Source: Spirochaetota bacterium (GTDB lineage Bacteria > Spirochaetota > UBA4802 > UBA5550). From it: a stretch of 64,000 nt of DNA. Made by a program: the position numbers and the translations under genes. Shown here piece by piece: positions 10,413-17,652 of the stretch; the stretch's first letter is position 1, and every line of letters begins with the position of its first letter. Where the stretch lies: NCBI GenBank assembly GCA_963664815.2, contig CAXXHB010000003.1, forward strand, positions 3,680,001-3,744,000, in the 5' to 3' direction. The notes beneath the pieces are model-generated. The model ran no database searches, was not told the DNA's origin, and was given only the letters and a program-made list of their open reading frames with translations.

Positions 10413-10530
10413 AGAGTCTTAACATAGCTGCTGTCTGAAGATTGAAATTATCTGTTTAATGTTTTTATACCGCTAATAAAGATTAGCGGTTTTTTTAAGG
10501 CAACTACGTTAAGACTTCTATAAGTTATGC
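10406..10530 (+). repeat. attC-like site type B, copy 2
   Basis: Near-identical to 6995-7119. Confidence 0.7.
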
Positions 10531-10539
10531 GTAGTGCCA

Positions 10540-11769
10540 TTATCTATGAAAATGACAATAATCTCTATAAGTTAATATTTCACAGGGTTTGCCTTCTATT
10601 TCTCTACTTCTGCAAGGTGCCCCACATTCATGAGGTTGACGGTCAAGAAACCTATTATATAAAGATAATCTGTGTTTGACTTCTTCCTCTGTGAAAATTT
10701 CCTCAATTTGATCATCCTTTGATTTAAATGCTTTAACAATTAAAACCCCGGCTGTAGTCACTGATTGAATTAAATTATCATTTTCATTGTATATAGGTTC
10801 GCATTTATATTCATGCAATTTCGAATAATCTTTTGAATTAATCAATTCAATAATTTCTTTATCGATACCAATAAAATATTTATATTTACCAACATTGCTT
10901 GTAAGTTTTGAAAACAATTGATCAATGTCTTTACTTGAATCTTTAAATTTTATAATATTATCAACGATTAATCTTCTATCAAAGTATTCACCTAAATAAA
11001 CTTTTCCATTTAGTTTATATTTCCCAAAAAATTTATTTGCTTCAATTTTAATTTTTTTCTTTTCACCATTTAATATAGGTTTAATTATTTTATTAAAATT
11101 TCTTGAATCGAGAATATAACTTAATGTTGAAGCGTAATTTTCTAATATTGTAATAGATGGATCACCCTCATCACTATTTATATCTTCAGGTGGATCGTCA
11201 CAGATAAGACAATATGATTTTTTATTATCATTTTGATTTAAAAGATGAAAAATAGTACCATATCTTAAATGAATATTTTTTTTATTTTGCTTTTTACTTA
11301 AGATATCATTTCTCATTGTAGAATTATTTGAACCAACTGTTCCTTTTGTTTCAATTTCATATTTTTTAGAATTAATAGTAACGCTATAGTCTAGATATTT
11401 TCCATCAGTTATTGGGGCAATTTTTTTAATGCGATTTGGATTAATTTTTAATAATTCTATTGAATAGAGTAAACCTACCGCAACTCCGGAACCTTCCGAA
11501 ATCAATTTTTTAACACGATCATCATTCGATAGGTTTATGAGTGAGTTATTTTCAAATTTAATAAAAGTTGAAAATAACGATTCAAATGCTGGCACTTGAC
11601 TTTGAAGATAATCAAAATCAGATTCTTTAATGTGTTTTGGTACTTCCCACATCATCACAGCATAGCGGAATAAATCAATTTTATTTAGTTCAATAGTTGA
11701 TATTGTTTTAAATATCTGAACTTGTTTTGCACTATCATCAATTTTTATTGGTATATTTATTTTATTCAT
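10540..11769 (-). CDS. Hypothetical cassette protein, putative PD-(D/E)xK nuclease with C-terminal Cys/His zinc knuckle
   Basis: E...G.AV helix, YLDY-x9-EIETKG motif; C-terminal CGAPC...C...CHFH. Confidence 0.55.
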   Translation of the reverse strand: MNKINIPIKIDDSAKQVQIFKTISTIELNKIDLFRYAVMMWEVPKHIKESDFDYLQSQVPAFESLFSTFIKFENNSLINLSNDDRVKKLISEGSGVAVGLLYSIELLKINPNRIKKIAPITDGKYLDYSVTINSKKYEIETKGTVGSNNSTMRNDILSKKQNKKNIHLRYGTIFHLLNQNDNKKSYCLICDDPPEDINSDEGDPSITILENYASTLSYILDSRNFNKIIKPILNGEKKKIKIEANKFFGKYKLNGKVYLGEYFDRRLIVDNIIKFKDSSKDIDQLFSKLTSNVGKYKYFIGIDKEIIELINSKDYSKLHEYKCEPIYNENDNLIQSVTTAGVLIVKAFKSKDDQIEEIFTEEEVKHRLSLYNRFLDRQPHECGAPCRSREIEGKPCEILTYRDYCHFHR

Positions 11770-11790
11770 TGGAACCTCGTTTTAATGGCA

Positions 11791-12212
11791 GTCTGGTAGG
11801 TCAGGGAGTTTGCACCCCCTTCCCCCCATAAGAACCGTACGTGAAAGTTTTACCACAGGCACTTCCTACGGTCGCCCTTCATACGACTCAAGCCGCCTAA
11901 AGCTGATTATACAACCAGCCGCTGTTATCTGTTTGTATTCCCATTTTTCTATAGTAGAAATAATCAGAATCTTCTTTTAAAAATGGGTTCCTGTCAAGAC
12001 TTATCATTCTGTGCCGTACAATTTTAATGTGTCCTGCAGTAATAAGAATCTCCTCATCAGAGCAGAAAGTCCAATCCCTGTTTCCTATGCGTTTCCAGTA
12101 CCGGTTTTTAAGCCATAAAGAATTTTTCATCGGGTGTCTGAATCTACCCCATCTCCATAGAGCCTGAAAAAGAACAGCATCGGGATTTTTAAAGGCTTCT
12201 TTTAAAACCATT
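11791..12212 (-). mobile_element. Group II intron 3' remnant, copy 2 (includes maturase tail ORF 11897..12211)
   Basis: LWRWGRFRHP.K...WLKNRYW...GNRDWTF...IVRH...NPF maturase tail; DV gagtcgtatgaaggg..aaactttcacgtacggttc; ends ...gacctaccagac. Confidence 0.85.
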
Positions 12213-12215
12213 ACA

Positions 12216-12408
12216 CGGAGCTTTTGAGACTTTGCATAAAATCGCCATTCACAGTCTATCAGATAACTGTAGAAATAATTATTTTACTGGATTATTATTT
12301 TTACCGGTAAAAATCACCGGATTATTACTGTATGCTATTTCAAAGATCGGGATAAAACGGTATTCAAATTCCTATATATACTGTTCGATCCCAGTGGTTT
12401 CGTCCAAC
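12216..12408 (+). mobile_element. Noncoding 3' end of IS91-like element B, copy 3
   Basis: Homologous to 10220-10412 and 6746-7001. Confidence 0.6.
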
Positions 12409-12526
12409 AGAGTCTTAACATAGCTGTTGTCTGAAGATTGAAATTATCTGTTCAATGTTTTTATACCGCTAATAAAGATTAGCGGTTTTTTTGAGGCAAC
12501 TACGTTAAGACTTCTATAAGTTATGC
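12402..12526 (+). repeat. attC-like site type B, copy 3
   Basis: Near-identical to 6995-7119. Confidence 0.7.
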
Positions 12527-12553
12527 GAAGGTCTGCCCCCGGTTTTCAATAGC

Positions 12554-12886
12554 TTAATTTCTGATTAATCTTTTTAAGATTATATCTTCGAAATTTCTTC
12601 TAGAGTCAATCATTGAAAGAATATATACTTTTTGTTCTTCTATTCTATAAACTATTCGCCATGGAGTTATAATCAGTTCTCGATAATTACTAATATTATG
12701 AAAATCAAGCTCAGGAACAGTTCTTCCTCGTTCAGGAAAATTTTCTAATTTGATTGTTTGCTTTTTGATTTTTTCAAATATTTCTGCGGCTGTATTCAGA
12801 CTATCTAATGAAATATATTCAATTATTTCAATAAGATCATCTTGTGCAATTTTTGTCCAATATACTGTATATTTTTTTGATGTCAT
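12554..12886 (-). CDS. RelE/ParE family toxin, copy 2
   Basis: Protein identical to 7147..7479. Confidence 0.9.
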   Translation of the reverse strand: MTSKKYTVYWTKIAQDDLIEIIEYISLDSLNTAAEIFEKIKKQTIKLENFPERGRTVPELDFHNISNYRELIITPWRIVYRIEEQKVYILSMIDSRRNFEDIILKRLIRN

Positions 12887-12890
12887 ATTC

Positions 12891-13169
12891 TTATCTTTTT
12901 TTTAGAATTTTATCTTCGATTGCAGAAAAGAATGAATTCTGCTCTGTGAATTTTCCATTTTTTACATCGTTTTCTCCCATGGAAATTAGTTTTAAAATCC
13001 CTATCGCGTTTTGCATTGAATCATAACTTTCTGTATCCATTAATACAGCTTTTGCTTCCCCATTTTGAGTTATGATAATTGGACGATGAGTTTCGTTAAC
13101 TTGATCAAGCATGTTTGCAGCATTTGCTTTTACGAAAGAAATGGGGCGTATATCTTGTTTGGTATTCAT
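12891..13169 (-). CDS. Phd/YefM family antitoxin, copy 2
   Basis: Protein identical to 7484..7762. Confidence 0.9.
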   Translation of the reverse strand: MNTKQDIRPISFVKANAANMLDQVNETHRPIIITQNGEAKAVLMDTESYDSMQNAIGILKLISMGENDVKNGKFTEQNSFFSAIEDKILKKR

Positions 13170-13268
13170 TTTTTTATCCTCTATGGTGTTTCTATTGATC
13201 TAAATATGGTACTAAATTAAGTTTTAAAGGTCAAGAATAATTTTCTAAAACGACGGGGGCAGACTTTC

Positions 13269-13331
13269 GCATAACGTTAAGAAGAGTATCTTAATCAATC
13301 TTCTCCGATTGAGATACTCTTCAAGTTGGCC
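13269..13331 (-). repeat. attC-like site type A, copy 2
   Basis: Identical to 7862-7924. Confidence 0.7.
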
Positions 13332-13380
13332 GGCTTTTTTATAACATCCTGTTATATGCCGGCAGGTGGTCACATAGGGG

Positions 13381-13744
13381 GTAGAGAGTGCTAAAGCTAA
13401 CAGTCTTGAGCCGTATGCATACCTGCGATTTTTATTCTCTGAGTTTCCATTGGTGTCGACCAGAGAGGAAATGTTGAAGCTTCTGCCATGTTTTGTCACA
13501 AATGATATGATTTACGGACATAATACCGGGCTACCATTTTCAACCATCTTTTTCCAGTTGTATATCGTTTGATCCGATATCCCCATTTCCCTGGCTATTT
13601 CCGGAATGCTTCTATTTTCCGGTGGTAATACCTTCTTGAGCACTGATTCTTTAAACCTTTTACTGTATTTCATAATCATCTCCTGATTTATTTCAGGCGA
13701 CAACTATCTTGGCACATAGGGTACACGGTGAATTTGACGCTTAC
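13381..13744. mobile_element. Nested IS scar: IS66 TnpC C-terminal fragment and terminal IR with an internal IS3-family orfA fragment
   Basis: + strand VESAKANSLEPYAYLRFLF...LLP from 13381; ...gacgcttac end at 13744 (GTAAGCGTC reversed); - strand MKYSKRFKESVLKKVLPPENRSIPEIAREMGISDQTIYNWKK HTH (13512..13703). Confidence 0.7.
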
Positions 13745-13761
13745 AATTAATGCAGCATTTC

Positions 13762-13861
13762 GGCTAACGTTTTGCTTATGGAAATCGCGGCAGTTTTTTC
13801 GCCGCGATTTGGCGTAGCCCGAACGACCGCCAGGGAGTGAAGCGCATAAGCTTTGTTAGAC
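13762..13861 (-). repeat. attC-like site type C, copy 1
   Basis: Minus strand GTCTAAC-aaa-gcttatg...cataagc-aaaac-GTTAGCC with GC-rich inner hairpin aaatcgcggc/gccgcgattt, 10 nt after a stop codon. Confidence 0.85.
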
Positions 13862-13871
13862 GACGTATATA

Positions 13872-14315
13872 TTAGAATGTATTATTGTGATTATTGATAT
13901 TATTAATAGTATCTTTTATAAAATTCAATTTTCTTTTTTCAACAATAGATTTTGGTATATCTAGACCTTTATTAATATCCAATGATACTCGTGTAATAAT
14001 ATTATTAATATTAGTTGTTACTTTCATTTTAATTGATTTAATATTGTGTCGTTTGAAATCTAATATTTGTATTGCAACGAGTATTCCATTAGTTGATTCA
14101 ATAAAACAAATATATTCAGTTTTGCGAACAACAGTTTTTTTAATATTATATTCGAATAATATTTCAAATATATCCTTATTTTCATCATAACCATACTTTT
14201 GAATCTTGGGAATGTTATCTAAAGATGGCAGTACATTATAATTACATCCATTTATTTTTTCATTAGAATAATTATTGAAATATGAATTATACAAATTATT
14301 AATTTCTTTATTCAT
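13872..14315 (-). CDS. Hypothetical protein (cassette gene 2)
   Basis: 147-aa ORF overlapping the upstream stop by 4 nt; ends just before attC. Confidence 0.6.
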   Translation of the reverse strand: MNKEINNLYNSYFNNYSNEKINGCNYNVLPSLDNIPKIQKYGYDENKDIFEILFEYNIKKTVVRKTEYICFIESTNGILVAIQILDFKRHNIKSIKMKVTTNINNIITRVSLDINKGLDIPKSIVEKRKLNFIKDTINNINNHNNTF

Positions 14316-15049
14316 ATATTACCTCTTTCAAATAAAAACGATATTGAATTTATCATTTCTTCAATTTTTCTAGACTTTTTAACATCGAGCGACATATTAA
14401 TTTCATTATCAATTACTACAACACCCCATGTCATAGATTTTGTAAATGATTTTAAAGGAAGACAAAAAAACCAAGATGATTTTGAATTTACCTTGCGAGC
14501 AATTTTTTTATTTAAAGACAATTCTTTTTCGCATTGATTGAAATAAATGTCTGGGTTTTCTGGATCATAATCGTTAATGCTTTTTTGGATAATGTTTTGT
14601 GTTGCAAAACACACTCCAGCACAACCTTCTCCATGTTTAAATTTTATTTTTGTATTTATAATTGGAATTCGCGTTTGATATCTGGCTATTTGTTTTAGAT
14701 ACGCTTTTGAACTGTTCATTTTGTAGGCTTTAAAAATTGTAACCCTTAAATGATGTTTATGCTCATCTTTTAAATCAACAGTCATTTTATCAAATATTAA
14801 GTGAGCCATATTTTTGAACATTGATTTGTCTTTTGTTAGTTTATTATAAACAATGTTTAAAACATGTACAATAATATAAATAATAAAAAGTACTAAAAAT
14901 ATTTTTACAGAATTTTTCGAAATCGTTTCATAAGATCCAGGTTTGAGGTAGTCATCAAAAATAAGTATTTTGCTTTCCGAAATGCAATTGTAAAAATAGC
15001 CAATAATTGCCACTATAATAATTTTTATAATTTCAAATACTATTTTCAT
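14312..15049 (-). CDS. Two-TM protein with putative GAF-like domain (cassette gene 1)
   Basis: Two N-terminal hydrophobic helices; LRVTIF, F..GEGCAG.CF and FFCLPL...WGVVVID GAF-like strands. Confidence 0.6.
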   Translation of the reverse strand: MKIVFEIIKIIIVAIIGYFYNCISESKILIFDDYLKPGSYETISKNSVKIFLVLFIIYIIVHVLNIVYNKLTKDKSMFKNMAHLIFDKMTVDLKDEHKHHLRVTIFKAYKMNSSKAYLKQIARYQTRIPIINTKIKFKHGEGCAGVCFATQNIIQKSINDYDPENPDIYFNQCEKELSLNKKIARKVNSKSSWFFCLPLKSFTKSMTWGVVVIDNEINMSLDVKKSRKIEEMINSISFLFERGNI

Positions 15050-15080
15050 AATACACTACCTTATTAAGTTTATATATGTC

Positions 15081-15143
15081 GTCTAACGTTAAGAAGAGTA
15101 TCTTAATCAATCTTCTCCGATTGAGATACTCTTCAAGTTGGAC
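15081..15143 (-). repeat. attC-like site type A, copy 3 (uninterrupted, at the end of the recombinase-transposase unit)
   Basis: Minus strand GTCCAAC...GTTAGAC with the same internal hairpin as 7862-7924. Confidence 0.75.
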
Positions 15144-15385
15144 AGAACCGCCTGAGCAACAGCCCGACACAATATTAATGGATTTTAAATTACCGGATTT
15201 ATAATTGCAAGAATAATTCGTATGTAGAAATTTGAATAAATAAACAATTGCATCTTTATAACAACCAATATATCTGCTTTTAAATTATTGTTAAACGATA
15301 CTTTCCGGAATAAATTATCATTATTTCTCAGTTATCAGAATGAAAGTATCCCTTCATGGTTTTTTATAGTTCCATAATCATAGTA

Positions 15386-16585
15386 TTAATATATAGATAA
15401 TAATCTACAACTGCTCTGGTTCGCCGGAGGTGAACGGTACCGTACCGGTTCAAGAATCTCTTTTACAATAAGCCTTCCGGTTTTGCATGCAGGGCAGCAT
15501 GAAAGATTTTTACCTGTAATACGCAGATAGATTTCACTCCATGTCTGCGGTATACTTTCATTCTTCTTTTGAATTTCGTAAAACTCGCGACATGCCTCAA
15601 CAGCCTTCTTTTTGTTTCTGTGTGATAGAATTCCAAAGTATCTGATGCGGACAAACCTTCTCGGTACAACATGCATTATGAAGCGGCGAATAAAAGACTC
15701 TGCCGGGAGTTCCATGAGCTTTTCCCTGTTCCCGTCAGCGTAATCCCTGTATCTGAATCTTATTATATCATCTTTAACAGAAACTATCCGGTGATTGCTG
15801 ATGGCTATGCGATGAGTATACCTCGCAAGATATTCAATTACACTCTCTTTGCCCTGGAAGGATTCTTTGAGATATACAACCCACTCCGCGGCGAAGAGTG
15901 AATCAATCATTGTCTGAAAATTTATGGCATCAGTGACATGCGTACCTTTAAGATATAATTTTTCTGTTCTATAAAGTTCCTTCAATCCCTGCAGAAAGAG
16001 GCTTCTGAACCGCAGCTTCAGAACCTGCACAGGTACAAAATAGTTATTCGGAGCATGAATCCATCTCTGCTTTTTCTCCGAATAACCTCCGCCCGGAACC
16101 ACACAATGAAGATGGGGATGTAAATTAATCTTCTGCCCCCATGTATGTAGGATGGAAAAGAATCCTATATCAGCGCCGAAGTATTTTTCATCACCGCTGA
16201 CAGAGAGTAGTGTCATTCTGCATACATCAAACATAAGGTCGTAGATAACTCTTTTGTTTCTGATAACAACCGGGTTAAGCATATCTGGAAGTGTGAATAC
16301 AACATGAAAGTAAGTGAACGGGAGAACTTCATTTTTTCTTTCCATAATCCACTTCTCTTTTTTCATCGACTGGCACTGTGGACAATGCCTGTTTCTGCAT
16401 GAGTTGTAGAGAATCACTTTATGGCCGCAGATGCTGCATTCCTCAACTCTTCCGCCGAGGGCTTCTGTCCTGCAGATCTCAATTGAACGCATCACCTTTC
16501 TTTCATGCAAAGAGACTTCGGGATGTTTCAGAAGATAAGACTCATCGTAATTCCGGAATATTTCATTAACGGTTGGCTGATTCAT
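15386..16585 (-). CDS. IS91 family (HUH/Y2) rolling-circle transposase
   Basis: Zn-binding C..C...YNSCRNRHCPQCQ, YFHVVFTLP, LHTWG...HPHLH (HUH) and YLARY (Y2) motifs; start chosen at MNQPT. Confidence 0.93.
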   Translation of the reverse strand: MNQPTVNEIFRNYDESYLLKHPEVSLHERKVMRSIEICRTEALGGRVEECSICGHKVILYNSCRNRHCPQCQSMKKEKWIMERKNEVLPFTYFHVVFTLPDMLNPVVIRNKRVIYDLMFDVCRMTLLSVSGDEKYFGADIGFFSILHTWGQKINLHPHLHCVVPGGGYSEKKQRWIHAPNNYFVPVQVLKLRFRSLFLQGLKELYRTEKLYLKGTHVTDAINFQTMIDSLFAAEWVVYLKESFQGKESVIEYLARYTHRIAISNHRIVSVKDDIIRFRYRDYADGNREKLMELPAESFIRRFIMHVVPRRFVRIRYFGILSHRNKKKAVEACREFYEIQKKNESIPQTWSEIYLRITGKNLSCCPACKTGRLIVKEILEPVRYRSPPANQSSCRLLSIY

Positions 16586-17429
16586 TTTTAAATCTGTCTG
16601 CATAGACATCAAGAGGACTTCGGGCCACGGTCTTCTCTTCATTCAGATGCACATAAACCAGAGTCGTAGTCAGATGTCTGTGTCCCAGAAACTTCTGAAG
16701 TTGAAACACTCCGCTCCCTGTCTCTATCATATGTGTCGCAAAGGAGTGACGCAGTGTATGAATACCGCACTGTTTTGTTATACCGGCTCTCTTCTTCGCG
16801 CGATGATACGCATGCTGTACTGCCCTGATTGACATCTGTTCACCTGGGTATCTTCCGCAAAACAGCCAGTTGTCCGGCCTGTAGGTTTTCCAGTATTGCT
16901 CAAGCTGGATTAAACATATTTCTGAAAGCAGGGTATACCTGTCCCTGCCCCCTTTGGCATCCCGTACTTTAAGACGCATTGAATCCCGTGAGATATCGTC
17001 TACCTTCAGATTTACAAGTTCACCCACTCGGAGACCTGAGGAATACGTGAGCATCAGTATTGTTTTATGTTTCAGATTATCAGCGCTGTGAATAATCCGA
17101 AACACCTCTTCTACCGTAAATACTTCCGGAAGTTTTCTTTTCTTTTTCTGAATGGGAATGTTTTCAACTTCAACGTCTCTGCCGATTGTCTGGATAAAAA
17201 AATAGCATATTGCGCTTCTTGCCTGACGGAATGATGATTCTGATAGTTTCCGGTCTTTGATTAAGTAATACAGGTAGTCTTTTATGGTTTCTTTTGTGAT
17301 CTCCTCCGGCGGTTCCTTGCAGTATTCAAGAAAACTGCTCAAGCTCCGGTAATAGGTGATCTGTGTCCTCAGGCTGTATCCGCGAAGGGCAAGGTCTCTT
17401 TTGTAGCTTTGTAAAATCTGTTCTGACAT
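16566..17429 (-). CDS. Tyrosine recombinase (SAM_4-type N-terminus), not an IntI
   Basis: LRGYSLRT N-terminus; GLRVGE, KG, HTLRHSFATH, LGH and Y catalytic motifs; lacks the IntI-specific insertion between KG..DR and WLF. Confidence 0.92.
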   Translation of the reverse strand: MSEQILQSYKRDLALRGYSLRTQITYYRSLSSFLEYCKEPPEEITKETIKDYLYYLIKDRKLSESSFRQARSAICYFFIQTIGRDVEVENIPIQKKKRKLPEVFTVEEVFRIIHSADNLKHKTILMLTYSSGLRVGELVNLKVDDISRDSMRLKVRDAKGGRDRYTLLSEICLIQLEQYWKTYRPDNWLFCGRYPGEQMSIRAVQHAYHRAKKRAGITKQCGIHTLRHSFATHMIETGSGVFQLQKFLGHRHLTTTLVYVHLNEEKTVARSPLDVYADRFKNESANR

Positions 17430-17533
17430 GAAGATTTCCTCCGTTAATTTTGGTTAACGGAAGTTTATCATGGATTGTAATAAAAGTGAAATCTTTCATA
17501 TGGGATAGAAAGCCGCCGCCTTCAGGCGGTTTT

Positions 17534-17634
17534 GTTCAACGCCTTGCTTACACGACGTCGCGGCGTCTTTTTGCCGCGATGTGGCGAAGCCCAAGCGAGG
17601 TACTCCGAGCGCAGCGTTGTAAGCTTTGTTGTGC
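17534..17634 (-). repeat. attC-like site type C, copy 2
   Basis: Minus strand GCACAAC-aaa-gcttaca...tgtaagc-aaggc-GTTGAAC; clearly homologous to 13762-13861. Confidence 0.85.
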
Positions 17635-17652
17635 GCAGTTGATAATTCACAT

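Larger units (their letters stand above)
15137..17540 (-). mobile_element. IS91-like element A: tyrosine recombinase plus Y2 transposase, bounded like a gene cassette
   Basis: Ends gttggacagaaccgcctga (15137-15155) and tcaggcggttttgttcaac (17522-17540) are 17/19 inverted repeats starting at GTT cores. Confidence 0.8.

Noticed and set aside
11897-12211. Retron, DGR or other functional reverse-transcriptase system
   Set aside because: Only a maturase tail plus DV-DVI remains; there is no YADD-containing RT domain and no TR/VR pair with adenine-specific differences
13245-13499. 84-aa ORF as a real gene (also the ORFs at 17450..17698, 6319..6507 and 12232..12423)
   Set aside because: These run across attC-like, REP, intron or IS remnants and have no recognisable protein features
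16566-17429. Calling the recombinase an integron integrase (intI) or xerC/D
   Set aside because: It lacks the IntI-specific insertion, lies inside the array co-oriented with the cassettes, and is coupled to an IS91 transposase
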